Assembly (NCBI RefSeq): GCF_009914755.1
Contig: NC_060929.1
Length of the DNA: 64,000 nucleotides
Direction: 5' to 3' (one strand)
From: the human T2T-CHM13v2.0 reference genome, Homo sapiens
Shown here: positions 1 through 20,749 of the stretch, piece by piece
Position numbering within the stretch: position 1 is the first letter of the stretch
How the letters are laid out: each line of letters starts with the position of its first letter
Translations under genes and position numbers: made by a program
Notes under the pieces: model-generated
What the model was told of the DNA's origin: nothing
The model's input: the letters and a program-made list of their open reading frames with translations, nothing else
Database searches by the model: none

Positions 1-50
1 GCCTGGGCAACAAGAGTGAAAGTCAATCTCAAAAAAAAAAAAAAAAAAAA
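1..50 (+). mobile_element. Alu 3' end and poly(A) tail, truncated by window edge
   Basis: GCCTGGGCAACAAGAGTGAAA...CTC followed by an A-run. Confidence 0.92.
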
Positions 51-149
51 ATCAGAATTTAGTGGAAGTGACCTGGAATAATGAAAAATGATGTACAATT
101 ATTTTAGAAAATAATGTAACATCATTGTGCAAAATTGAACATGCTTATG

Positions 150-700
150 CTCTTTGGTTCATTAACTGTGCTTCTAGAAAAACTTTTGCAAATATGCACC
201 AGAGACAAGTACAAGTTACTTACAGAAGAAGAGTTAATGATACCAAAAATGTGGAAATGGCACACAGAAAAAAAAAAATGAGTGAATATATTTTGGTAAA
301 TTCACACCATAGAATGTTATACAGCAGTAAAAACAAACTTCAGCTATGCACAACAGCATGGAGATGTTGTATGTATGGTATGCATGAATACAATATATAG
401 TATACGTAATGTGTGTATGGTTTTTACGTATCATACATAATGATACGTAAAACATGCAAGTTACAATAGACCACATGCATATAGTAGACAATACGCACTA
501 CAACAGACTACATGCAATATCATTTTTATGATGTTCAAAATAACTAAGCACTCTACTGCCTAGGAATACATACATATATGATAAATTCATTTTAAAAATC
601 AAGAGAATTAAAAGCATAAAATTTGGGATAGTAATTCTTCATGCAGAGGGGATAAGGAAATGATGTGGTAAAGGAAAACAAGTAGATGTAAATAAAACAA
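150..700 (+). mobile_element. Old L1M (L1ME-like) 3' fragment
   Basis: Degenerate match to recalled L1ME 3' UTR (CCTAGGAATACATACATATATGATAAA...AAAATTTGGGATAGTAATT); boundaries approximate. Confidence 0.45.
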
Positions 701-729
701 ATAATATAAGAAATGGTGGTCAAATATTG

Positions 730-1750
730 GGATTCTTGAAGTTGAGATTCTGGAGTGGGTAAGATTACTGATAAAAACAGGGCCCAGGAGGCATGAACAT
801 AGGAGTGAGTGACTGAGGTAGAATGGAGGATGAGATGTTGGAGGAGGGGAGGCTGAGAAACTGAAAGCTCAGTGTATGGGAAGACTTATTTGTGTGGATA
901 TTGAAATCACCAAAAATACAATGGGTGTAGTGATAGAAAAATGACGGTGATCCAGGAGGGAAGGGAAGTGATGTTAGAGCCAGCAGATGGTTGCCAAAAG
1001 GAAGGAAGGTGGCAGACAACATAGTCCCATGTTGAAACTGGGTGTTTTTATGGAGGATATGGGACAATGGCTTGGGAGCAGCACTGAGATGCAAGGAAGA
1101 CACTCATCCTATTCCAGGCCCTGTGGCGCCAGGCACGTGGCTGAAAAACCAGTGACCTGTATAGAGGGCTGCAGGGGAGCAGTGTCTTGAGGGAGGAGCC
1201 AGTTAGAACAAGGACATGAAATAGGTATTTTAGAAATGAGAGGCCGGTCATGGTGGCTCATGCCTGTAATCCCAACACTTTGGGAGGCCGAGGCAGGCAG
1301 ATCACCTGAGGTCAGGAGTTCAAGACCAGCCTGGCCAACATGGTGAAACCCCATCTCTACAAAAATACAAAAATTAGCTGGGCATGATGGCGGGTGCCTG
1401 TAGTCCCGGCTACTCAGGAGGCTGAGGCAGGAGAATCGCTTGAACCCGGGAGGCAGGCAGAGGTTGCAGTGAGCCTAGATTGTGCCACTGCACCCCAGCC
1501 TAGGAGACAGAGGAGACTCCATCTCCAAAAAAAAAAAAGAAAGAAAAAAAGAATGGAGATGGTTTCATGTCTATACATTGAATTCCAGAGGTACAAGGGA
1601 AGAGTTTTGAAGGCTGCAGAGGGATGAGATATGGCGTCAATAAAGCAGATATACATATCTATTAGAAAGGAGCATCTCGGGGGTGAGGAATGACCAGGGA
1701 GTCCAGGGCTTCAAGTGGTAATTGGCTTACACAGAGCTGAAGGCTGTAAT
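730..1750 (-). mobile_element. LINE-2 fragment interrupted by an Alu
   Basis: TGGATATTGAAATCACC translates on the - strand as GDFNIH (ORF 765..1103), the APE-endonuclease motif of L2 ORF2. Confidence 0.65.
1242..1550 (+). mobile_element. Alu (AluS-like)
   Basis: Full dimer, A-rich linker, poly(A), imperfect TSD AGAAATGAGA/AGAATGGAGA. Confidence 0.96.
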
Positions 1751-2521
1751 GAGATTAGTCCAGAGGATCTCAAGGAAAATAATGCCATGGAGACTGTGGG
1801 CATTAATGGATAGGGATGAGCAGCGGTCCTGCAAGAAAGAAGCAAGAAAGTCTGGGAGTTTCTTCAGCATTGCAATGGAGGCAGGAAGACTGGGGGAGGG
1901 GCACTCAATTGGTCCCTGTGCTATCCTACTCTAACCTCCTACTGAAAGACTGACATCCAAAGGAATGTAAAATGGCTTCGTTCCAATTTCATTCCTGTAT
2001 ATTGACCACTTCCCTCCTGCATTCTTTTCCAGAACCTTGGCCAAAACCATTCAGAGCCAGCCAGCTGTTACATAATATTCACCATTTGTTTTATTTGTCA
2101 TTACCCATCAGAACCATTGGAATGATACCCACTGGCCAAAGACCCTTGGGCCCATATTCAAAACCAAAAAACTCAAGAATGAAATAACTGGAAGACCACT
2201 GATCTGGGAGCTATTCCTTAGGGTAGGGAGTGCATCCTGTGGAACAAGGAAAGCAGCTGGGAAAAGGAATTACTCTACTCAGGCATGGATTCAGGCTGAG
2301 GCTCCAGGGTTAAGGAGCCACTACAGAGTCAGTCAAATCCCTTTGGCTGTTTCCAACATTTCTCATGAGGCGTTTTGCACAAAGACTGTGGTCTTGGCAG
2401 GCCACTCACCCCTGAAGGGCTCAGAGTAATAGGATAATTCAGTAGTATGTGGTTACAAGGTGCCACAACCCTCCTGGATAGGTGACATTTTCAAGAGCAA
2501 TAAAAATACCTGGACAAAGGT

Positions 2522-2567
2522 TAGAAAGTTCAACAACATAACTCTAGAAAGTTCAACAACATAACTC
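2522..2567. repeat. Perfect 23-bp tandem duplication
   Basis: TAGAAAGTTCAACAACATAACTC occurs twice in tandem. Confidence 0.95.
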
Positions 2568-2851
2568 TAATCACTATCATCAAAAATAACCACTATTAAT
2601 CATACGTGTGACTTCTTCTGGAAAGAGTAAAATTTTTGGCTATACAGTGATGTAAACTTAAAATCTGACCATCACCCCTATTTTAATTCAACTCAACAAA
2701 TGCAAACAAATATTTCTTTAGTGCTTATTATATACAAGGGCCTGTACTACGTATTGTGTGAGACAGGAAAAAATGGCAATGCTTTTTTTTTCCATCAAGA
2801 ATCTTACAAGAGAGATGAATGAGTAGTGAGTTATCTATATTACAAGGAAAA

Positions 2852-3631
<780 letters not shown>

Positions 3632-3740
3632 ATTGTAACTCGGCAGAAAGGTGAATACCTGAGGGACAACACAAAGAGCTCTTAAGTCTTGCTGTTATAG
3701 AGACTTTACAATTCAGGAAATTTTTTTGACTCGACCCCAG

Positions 3741-4240
3741 TGTAATGAACATTTATCATTCTTACCTGGCATCTCTGCTATTTGAATGCCCTTCCTGTTT
3801 AGAGGGACTTTCCCACTTTAGAGTTATGTGTCTCCTTAAGACAGAAACAAAAACCTCTTTTCCCAGCTTCCCTTGTAGCTGCAGAGTAGGCATGTGACCT
3901 AGGCTCTGCCAGTCAGATGTACCCATGCAAGACTTCCCTCAGAGGCTCATAATGTAGATGAAGCACTGATCTGGTTAGTCCTGATGAGGGTGGTAGCAGA
4001 GATACCAAGCTTCCAATACAGCAGCTGGAAATGGTCTAGCACCTCCTAGTGTCAGAGGTGAAAACTGTGTTATTTGCGTCCAGGCACCAGGAGTGCTATC
4101 TACACTGGACCAGTCCTGCAAAGTAGCCTTTAAGTTAAAAAAAAAAAAAGTTTCTGTGAAATACCTAATATCCTTTATAAATTACTTATCTAATGAAACA
4201 GACTAGCATGTGGTGTTTGCAGCAAGGAAGCTTGATGATA
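3741..4240 (+). mobile_element. Old MaLR LTR (MLT1 family)
   Basis: CCCAGCTTCCCTTGTAGCTG...GCATGTGACCTAGGCTCTGCCAGTCAG core and MLT1-like 3' end. Confidence 0.55.
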
Positions 4241-4624
4241 TTTAAAAAGGAAAAAAAAGATTTGTATAAGCAGAGAATTTGGGGAAAGGAATTGCAAGGT
4301 CAGGAAACAGCACGAGGACAGGTATGAATGTGTGAAGATCCAGAGTGTGTAGAGATATTTGCTGATTGGTGTGGCTGAGGAAGAAAGGAACTCAGAACTA
4401 AGTGTTAGATGGTTGGATGGTTCATTAGGGATCCTGGCAGAGAGCAGCATTGTGAAACTGAAACCATACTTTGAGAAACAGAGGCTTATATCCAAACTGG
4501 ACACTAACTGTGATGAGAAAGAGCAAAGTGGTTGGAGTGGATTTTGTGGCTTCACAGCAAGTGTGGTTGTTAAACAAAGGTAATGCAATAATCAGCTAGA
4601 CAAGGCAAAAGGGGGAAGGTCAGA

Positions 4625-4790
4625 GTGGCGCTGTGGAAAAGGATTGGGCTTCATTATGCTTCAGATCTTGGTTTGAATTCTGTGGCCACGTATTACCATA
4701 ACATCTTGAATACTTCATTTAATCTTCTTGATCCTCAGTTTTCTTATCTTTAAAAACATAACTAACAAAACCTAATGTCCTACCATAATT
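4625..4790 (+). mobile_element. MIR fragment
   Basis: AGATCTTGGTTTGAATTC...CCTCAGTTTTCTTATCTTTAAAA MIR core. Confidence 0.6.
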
Positions 4791-5180
4791 AGCTTAAGAC
4801 ATGTAATCCAACAGAGCAGATTCATCGATCTTTGCAAAGACCACACAGCAGAAAGACGTCTCATCAAATGAGAAAAAAAGATAGATTTTTAAACAGGGTT
4901 TTGGGGAAGGGTAGAGTTAAGTAAAATTTATCTGAGTAATATTTTGATAAACTCAAAGAAGTCAACATCAAGTCTGGACTGCAAAGAAAACCAAGGGTTC
5001 TGTTTGCTAAGAAACTACAAAGTTAAGATGAATGTGAAATGCTGCATTCAAACATTTTATCTGCCAAACATCTGAGTAGACAATAAAGGCCACTGCCCTG
5101 TGCCAAAGTGACTTGAATCCTCCAAGCAAGAGTGAGATATTTTATTCCTACTACCAAAAAAAAAAAAAAAAAAAAAAAAA

Positions 5181-5485
<305 letters not shown>

Positions 5486-6289
5486 CTTTAAGCCAATTAA
5501 ATTTAACAGTTTAATTGAGCAAACAACAATCTGTTAATTGGGCAGAACCAGAATATGTTCTGAACTACTTTGGGGCTGCCACATGATTCAATAATTTACA
5601 GACATTTGATATGATAATGGCTTTGTAGTAGCATTTAAGACTTTGTAGATCATATATTTGAACAGTGGAACACACAAATAAGAAAAGAAATATTTGGTCA
5701 GAGTTTGTAGTATACTTAATCAAGAGAGCAAGATTAACATCATATAGAATCAATGTAACAATGTGTGTCATACAAAGTTTGTCATGAGGATTTTTGGCAT
5801 TATGTGAATATTTACTTTCAAATATAATTAAGTATTCTAGCTGTAACTGAGTAAAACACTCCTTGTGTGCTTTACATATTGAAATTCTACCAGCCAGTTA
5901 GGGTTTTAATGTACATGTATTTTTCTGACACTAAAATGTAACAATAATTAATGTGATTACATGAATGCATAAAACAATTCACCAAGCTATACACTGATGA
6001 TTAATATACTTTATACTTGCTGAACCTCAATTTAAAAGTTTTTTTAAAGAAAAAAAGAAAACATCCCTGAAGATAAATTTCTTGCCCAAGATTATACAGC
6101 ATTTTATTGCAAGAAAATGCAACAAAAATTACTGTTTGACTAATTATTAAAATGTACTTACTTTTTAAAGTACTTATCTTTTTAACTATTTGTGTACATG
6201 AAAGTAATAACATCAACAGTCAAGAAATTTCCAAAATAAATAAATAAGGAAATTTGTAGGACATTCACATTTTAAGAGACAGTATGATA

Positions 6290-6346
6290 GGACAACCTGG
6301 GTTCAAAGACAGCATGATAGCCTAAGTCTTTGAACCCAGGTTGTCC
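6290..6346. repeat. Perfect 21-bp inverted repeat with 15-bp spacer
   Basis: GGACAACCTGGGTTCAAAGAC (6290-6310) and GTCTTTGAACCCAGGTTGTCC (6326-6346). Confidence 0.95.
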
Positions 6347-7629
6347 AACTCCACCTCCTGCATGATCAATCCCTAAGGTATATTACATGAATACAAAATA
6401 TATAGTTGCCTGTGAATATTTTACATATAGTCAGCCTTCTGGAAAAGTTGACTTCCCAGTCTAATGGATATAAGATGATAGCCCAAATTCATTAGAAGGG
6501 CTAAAAAACCAAAATGAGATATTGCATTAAATGAAGAAAATCTGAAAAAGAAGCTTGACATTTCTCAAGGTTTTTATGATCCTCGAAAGAAGAGATAACT
6601 GAGAGGAAAGATGAGTGCCCTTAAATATTTGAAGGTTCTCCAAATGTCAGATCAGAAAATATTACACCCCAGCCTGCAGCTGGTAGATCACAAAACACCA
6701 CAGCTCCTGTGAGGACACATTCTTGTGGTCAGGAACAGGCAGTATCTTGATCTACTGAATGCCGTTTTTGCTGAATCTGAAGTTGAGGAAATACACTTTC
6801 CCCTAGAGGTATTCTTTATAATCTACTGAAAAGATTAATAGAGTCATTCAAGGTTAATTAGATAGTTTCTGACTCTTACTCACTCTCCTACTAGGAAAGG
6901 CCACCAATGCCAGTCATAGACCAATCTTCTCCAATCCCACACCCCAGGATTTAAGAATCCGGAAGCTGAACTCATCACAGACTGGAAGCCCTACTCAGGG
7001 TCTCAGCAGTGATGGGATGAATACAGCATGCTACCATTTGCTACACCCCATGAGACTCCTCATACTGACAGCTTTCAGAATGAAGGCTCCACTGCTCACA
7101 GCCTCTTCTCAGTGTCACTATTACATCATGCAGCATTGGAGGCATGGAAGGTCATTACACAAAAAGCGACTTAAACATAGGTCCTATTTGCTAGACTAGT
7201 GGCTGGCAGCCTCTCAGAGTGGTGTGTTGACTATTCTTTCATCCCTAGTGTGGAGGAGACAGGGTAGCACGAGAGGAAAGGTTGAATCCTGAAGTTTCCC
7301 TTCTAGCAGGAGCTGCAGAGTGAGGTACCAGCTGTCCTTCACAAGGCAGAGTCTCAGACAGACACCAAAGAGTAAACACACTTCCCCTAAGAGGAAACTG
7401 CAGAGCAGGGGGAAAGGGTATAGTAGACCCTGGGCAAGAATGTTAATTGAGGTCCACACATTTCTTATAATTTTAACCAGTAATATGAAGCTGCCGGATT
7501 GTATCTGACCTATTTGAGTTGTGTTGTTGATGAGAATAATTTTGTTGCTCAATTTAATTGTTTTGATCAGTAATTAGATAATTTTCTATCTTTTAAAATC
7601 ACTAAATTGAAAAAAAAATTTTTAAACTC

Positions 7630-8345
7630 ACAATACCAAGGTCTAGCAAAGATGTAGACAGAGGGAGACCCTCATACACTGCTGACAGAGGTGCAAAATG
7701 GTGCAGCCACTTTGGAGCATACTTTGGTAGTTTCTTCCAAAGTGAAACATATACTTACCATATGATCCAGCAATGCATGCCTAGGTATTAACCTGAAAGA
7801 AATAAAAACATATGTGCACACAGAGACCTGTACAGGAAGGTTTATAGCAACTTTATTCATAATCATCCAAAACTGGAAATGACCCAAATGCCCAGCAACC
7901 AGTGAATGGATACCTTTATAAAATAGAGTATATGGCAATATGGAATGGAATTGAATACATCAGCAATGAAAGGAAATGATCAGGTGATACTTGCAACGAC
8001 ATGAATGACTCTCAACAGGATTGTGCTAAGCACAAGATGTCAGACACAAAAGACCACAGCATATACTGTATGAATTCCATTTACATGACATTCTGGAAAA
8101 GACAAAACTATAGAGACAGAAGTCAGACAAAAGTTTGCCAGGACTTGGGGGCTGGGGAGTGAGGGTGTGGATAGACTATAATGGGGCACAGAAGAGCTTT
8201 CTGGGTTGGATGAAATATTCCATAGCTTGACTGTGGCCATGGTTATGTAATAGTATACATTTTGTCAAACATGTAAAACTGAACACCTAAAATGGGTGAC
8301 TTTTGCTATCTGTAAATGATGCCTAAAAAAACTGACTTTAGTAAA
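7630..8345 (+). mobile_element. L1M (L1MB/MC/MD-like) 3' end
   Basis: CTCATACACTGCTG...GCAAAATGGTGCAGCCACTTTGG...CCATATGATCCAGCAAT...ACATTCTGGAAAAGACAAAACTATAG. Confidence 0.85.
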
Positions 8346-8560
8346 AAGAATTGTTAATGTTGTATTTGCAAATTTTATGTGGGTCATACCTGATAAAAGC
8401 CTGCTCACTTTCCTTTTTAGTCATTTTTAAAAATTTAAGCAGACTGCTTCTTTGAAGATTTACTGTTTTTCCTTTACAGCTTTTCCTCTTTTCTGAACTC
8501 TGCATTTGTATTTTCAATTTGTCACAATTGCAAATTGTACTCATTCCCAATGATCTAAAG

Positions 8561-8892
8561 CAGCAGTCTCCAACCTTTTTGGCACCAGGGACTAGTTTCG
8601 TGGAAGACAATTTTTCCAGGGGACAGGGAGGGGGACGGTTTTGGGATGAAACTGTTCCACCTCAGATCATCAGGCATTAGATTCTCATAAGGAGCACAAC
8701 CTAGATCCCTCGCATGTGCAGTTCACAATAGTGGTTGTACTCCTATGATAATCTAATGCCCCCACTGATCTGACAGTAGTGGGGCGCAGGTGGTAATGCA
8801 TGCTTGCCCGCTGCTCATCTCCTGCTGTGTGGCCTGGTTCCTAACAGGTCACATACCAGTACTGGTCCAGGCCTGAGGGCTGCGGACTTCTG
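8561..8892 (+). mobile_element. MER1B (hAT-Charlie) DNA transposon
   Basis: CAGCAGTCTCCAACCTTTTTGGCACCAGGGAC start; perfect 8-bp TSD ATCTAAAG at 8553-8560 and 8893-8900. Confidence 0.9.
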
Positions 8893-10554
8893 ATCTAAAG
8901 GATTACAAATAAAGCAAATAATATTCAAAAGTTTACAAATTTAAACAGACCTTCATCAAAATCTGTAAATTAAATGCAAAAATTGGAAAAGTAAAAATGT
9001 TTTTTGTAAGTTTTTGGAAGATGTTATTTTCTTCTGAAGTAGTCAAAATTATTTATTAAAATAAAAATACAAATTACAATTATCAACATTTAAAATTAAA
9101 ATTATTTAAATAAAAGTAAAATTCTTCATTTGTGATAATTTAAATAAATCTTATAAACTATTATAATAAAAACAAAACTTTTGCTATTCTTGAGTTTGCC
9201 GTTTGCTATCTGTCCAGTAGCCAGTGAAAATAATCACTATTGGGAATTTTTGAAGATGGTCGAATCGGAACAGCTCGAGTCTGCAGCTCCCAGCGAGACC
9301 AATGCAGAAGGCAGGTGATTTCTGCATTTCCAACTGAGGTACCCAGTTTATCTCATTGGGACTGGTTAGGCAGTGGGTACAGCCCACTGAGGATGAGCAG
9401 AAGCAGGGTGGGACATCGCCTCACCTGGGAAATGCAAGGTGCCAGAGGTCTCCCTCCCCACAGCCAAGGGAAGCCGTGAGGGACTGTACTACCCAGCTGG
9501 GTTACTTTGCTTTCCACAATCTGAAGATCAGGAGATTTCCTCATGTGCCTACACCACCAGGGCCCTGGGTTTCAAGCATAAAACTGGGCGGCTGTTTGGG
9601 CACACACTGAGCTAGCAGCAGGAGTCTTTTTCGTACCCCAGTGTCACCTGGAAACCCAGCAATACAGAACTGTTCGCTCCCCTGGAAAGAGGGGTGAAGC
9701 CAGGGAGCCATGTGGTCTTGCTCAGTGGGTCCCATTCCCATGGAGCCCAACAAACTAAAATCCACTGGCTTGAAATTCCCGCTGCCAGCACAGCAGTCTG
9801 AAGTTGACCTGGGATGATTGAACTTGGCGGGGGAGGGGCGTCTGCCATTACTGAGGCTTTAGTAGGCGGTTTTCCCCCCGACAGTGCTAAGGAGGCTGGG
9901 AAGCCTGGGTTGGGTGTGGCAAAGTGGCAGTGGCCAGACTGCTTCTCTAGATTCCTCCTCACTGGGCAGGGCATCTCTGAAGGAAAGGTAACAGCCCCAG
10001 TCAGGGGCTTTCAGACAAAACCCCCATCTCCCTAGAACACAGCACCTGAGGGAAGGGGCGGCTATGGGCACAGCTTCAGCGGATTTAATCATTCCTGTCT
10101 GCCAACTCTGAAGAGAGCAGCTGATCCTGACAAGAGCGATTCTCCCAGCACACCGCACTAGCTCTGCTAAGGGACAGACTGCCTCCTCAAGTGGGTCCCT
10201 GGCTCCCATGCTTCCTGACTGGGAGAAACCTCCCAACAGGGGTCGACAGACACCTCATACAGGAGAGCTCCAGCTGGCATCAGGCTGGTGCCCCTCTGGG
10301 ATGAAGCTTCCAGAGGAAGGCAAGGCAGCAATCTTTGCTGTTCTGCAGCCTCCATTGCTGATACCTAGGTGAACAGGGTCTGGAGTGGACCTCCAGCAAA
10401 CTGCAGCAGACCTGCAGAAGAGGGGCCTAACTGTTAGGAGAAAAACTAACAAAGAGCAAGCAACAACATCAACATCAACATAAAGGACCCTCACATAAAG
10501 ACCCCATCCAGAGGTCATCAGCCTCAAAAATCAAAGGTAGATAAATCCACAAAG

Positions 10555-11640
10555 ATGAAGAAAAACCAGTGCAAAAACGCTGAAAATTCCAAAAACCAGA
10601 ATGCCTCTTCTTCTCCAAATAATCACAACTCCTCTCCAGGAAGGGCACAAAACTGGACAGAGAATGAGACTCACGAATTGACAGAAGTAGGCTTCAGAAG
10701 GTGGGTAATAACAAACTCCTCTGAGCTAAAGGAGAATGTTCTAACTCAATGCAAGGAAGCTAAGGATCTTGATAAAAGGTTACAGGAACTGCTAACTAGA
10801 ATAATCAGTTTAGAGAAGAGCTTAAATGACCTGATGGAGCTGAAAAACACAGCACAAGAACTTCGTGAAGCATACACAAGTATCAATAGCTGAATCAATC
10901 AAGTGGAAGAAAGGATATCAGAGATTGAAGATCAACTTACTGAAATAAGGTAAAAATGTTTTTCATAAGTTTTTGAAAGATGTTATTTTCTTCTGAAGTA
11001 GTCAAAATTATTTATTAAAATAAAACAAGATTAGAGAAAAAAGAGTGAAAAGGAACAAACAAAGCCTCCAAGAAATGTGGGACCATGTGAAAAGACCAAA
11101 CCTACAATTGACTGGTGTACCTGAAAGTGATGAGGAGAATGGAACCAAGTTGGAAAACACACTTCAGGATAATATCCAGGAGAACTTTCCCAACCTAGCA
11201 AGGCAGGCCAACGTTCAAATTCAGGAAATACAGAGAACACCACTAAGATACTCCTCGAGAAGAGCAACCCCGAGACACATAATTGTCAGATTCTCCCAAG
11301 TTGAAACAAATGAAAAAATGTTAAGGACAGCCAGAGAGAAAGGTCAGGTTACCTACAAAGGAAAGCCCATCAGATTAACAGCTGATCTCTCTGCAGAAAT
11401 CCTACAAACCAGAAGAGAGTGGGGGCCAATATTCAACATTCTTAAAGAAAAGAATTTTCAACCCAGAATTTAATATTCAGCCAAACTAAGTTTCATAAGC
11501 AAAGGAGAAATAAAATCCTTTCCAGACAAGCAAATGCTGAGGGACTTTGTCACCACCAGGCCTGCCTTACAAGAGCTCCTGAAGGAAGCACTAAATATGG
11601 AAAGGAAAAACAGCCACTGCAAAAACACACCAAAATATAA
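10555..11640 (+). pseudogene. L1 ORF1p remnant (stops and a 76-bp insertion)
   Basis: ORFs 10555..10893 and 11045..11473 translate to ORF1p coiled-coil and RRM (KRPNL..GVPE, IQENFPNL). Confidence 0.9.
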
Positions 11641-11700
11641 AGACCAATGACACTATGAATAAACTGCATCAACTAATTTGCAAAATAACCAGCTAGCACA

Positions 11701-15515
<3,815 letters not shown>

Positions 15516-16550
15516 ACAATGAGAACATATGGACACAGGGAGGGGAACGTCACACACTGGGGCCTGTCAAGGGGTGGGGTGGAAGGGGAGGAAAAGCATT
15601 AGGACAAATACATAATGCATGCTGGGCTTAAAACCTAGATGATGGGTTGATAGGTGCAGCAAACTGCCATGGCACATGTATACCTATGTAACAAACCTGC
15701 ATGTTCTGCACGTGTATCCCAGAACTTAAAGTAAAATAAAAAAAAAAAAAAAAGAGAATCACTATCACTCTTCAAGTATGTTGTGTCCATACCAACATAA
15801 ATACATCTTCCAGAGTTATATGAATTGTTTGATGTTATAAATACTCTCAACTGCGGTTTGTAAGCTAATTCATGAGTACCCCCAGAGCCACTAATTAAAG
15901 CACACAAAAGAGCAAGAAAATGAATATTCAGCACTACTGGGAAACAATCTTCTGAATTCATGTTTTCCAAAGGGAGAAATTTGAAATGTTGGTTTGTCTT
16001 ACTTCAAATCTTCCGTCGCTTACTCCTCCCTGCACTTCAAAGTAGTGTCCATCTCTAACTTCAGCAGAACAACCCACAGACCTTTAGACCCAGTTGCCTT
16101 TGTTTCAGGCACCCAGGCCAAGAAATGTGGACAAGCATTTCCCTGGGGCCTTAGCAGTGTCAGTCATGAGAGTCAGTATTTAGGATTATGAATTGCAAGG
16201 TGCCAGCACCAAGCACAGGATCCCAAGTGATGAAGACACTCACTTATGATTTAATCACTCTTTTCTGAGTGTAATAGCTTCTAATATGTAGAACCCTCAA
16301 AAAGCACTCAGGGCAGAAGCCCCTCTTGCCTCACTGAGAGGGTGTATCTCACCTACTTACCCTCCGGTTCTTCTCACTATACCTCCAATGCCAGGATTGC
16401 CCTAAAAAATTATCTTTCAAGTATGAATGCTTTTGGTGGGGATCACACTTCAGGGGATCATTTCACACCATAATTATCTATAACATTTGAACAGGGATTC
16501 TGTGTGAGCAACCAGGCTCAAGAATGGGTAGAATGGATTTGATAAATCGG

Positions 16551-16775
16551 TAGGTTAACTACCACATATAATAATCTATTGCATATTTCAAAATAGCCAG
16601 AAGAGGATAATTCAAATGTTTCTAGCATAAGGAAAAGACAAACATTTAAGATGATAGGTATCCAAATTACAATAATTTGATCTTTACAAATTATGTGAAT
16701 GTATTATCACAAAATTTATCATGAAAATATGCACAACTATTATGTATCAATTAAAAAATTAAAATTAAAAAGGTA
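16551..16775 (+). mobile_element. L1MA 3' end fragment
   Basis: AATAATCTATTGCATATTTCAAAATAGCCAGAAGAG...GATCTTTACAAATTATG, A-rich tail. Confidence 0.75.
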
Positions 16776-17189
16776 AAAATGAAAGAATGGGCAGAATGGA
16801 TGAGAGGAAGCTTTGGAGACCTGGAAGAACAGAGGTCATGGTGGAGGATATGGGGGAGGCCCTCAAAAGAAGCTTCAGGACTGTTGGGGGTAAACTCTGC
16901 CCTAAAAATCTTCACATGTGCCCCAGGCTATAAGTGTTCTCCCCAACATAGAACTATAGAGGCCCTAGCTGTGGAGACTGCTGTATGAAATATAAAATAG
17001 AATAACACTTCATCAAGGCCCAGTGGTTCACATTGGAGGCTACTGTGCATTTGGGATAGGGAGATGGATAAATAGGTCATCTGTATTTTTCAGGTAGTTA
17101 AAAGTGTTTTTTAATACCCATTGTTCACTTAACAAAATTGTTAGTGTTTTGGGGGTGTATTTTGCTTTGGAAGAGGTGCCTTGCAACAG

Positions 17190-17750
17190 AAGTTTGATCA
17201 CGTCACTCTCTCAATTAAAGTCCATACATGGCCTCAAAACCCCTGAATGATTTGCTTTGCGCCCACACTGACTGCCACCCTTCCCTCATCTTGTGGCCCT
17301 TATGAAGACTACGGATCAGCCATGTGCTTTTAATTCTTTAGCAAGCAGTTTCCTGCCACTAAGCCATTGGTCTTTCTAATACATTGGAAACATAAACATT
17401 CTGCCTGAAATAAGTGTTCTTTCTACCTGTCCTGGCATGGCCAGCTCCTTGTCATCCTTTCACCTCAGTTCACATATCCTTACACCTTGCAGCAGCCTTC
17501 CTTCCTGGCCACCTCACCTCAAGTAGGAAACAACTTCACATACACCTTATCCTCTGTCTCAGCTCTTCCTTTCTTTCTTGACTTTACAATCTTTGCCTGA
17601 ACATTTGATTATCTGCTATGCACACTGTCATTTTTGCCTGGCTAAACTAGAATATGAACTCCATGATCTTGTTCTGTCTTGTTCTCCCAGGTACCTTCAT
17701 TGTATCTAATGAAGTCCCTGGCAGAAAGTAAATACTCCACTAATAAAAAG
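17190..17750 (+). mobile_element. LINE-2 3' fragment
   Basis: GATCACGTCACTCTC...CTAGAATATGAACTCCATGA...CCTGGCAGAAAGTAAATACTC. Confidence 0.55.
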
Positions 17751-18031
17751 TCGCAAAAGAACTGCAGTTCCTTGGAGGATATATTCCTGATATAACGGAT
17801 ACTCTGTGAATGCTGTTCCTTCCTCAGGTAGGTTTGCAGAGTACCAAACAGGACTCAATGGCAAATAAAATGTATGTCACCATGAGATCTATGGGAAATA
17901 ATAGTTTGATAGGTATGGATTGTGGCCACAAAATAGGTAGTGTCTTTTAATATCAGTGTGTCATTTCAAATACATGAATATACTGGAGCAGAATTCAATA
18001 TTGCCTGGAGTCTTAAAAATAATCTGGCATG

Positions 18032-20749
<2,718 letters not shown>

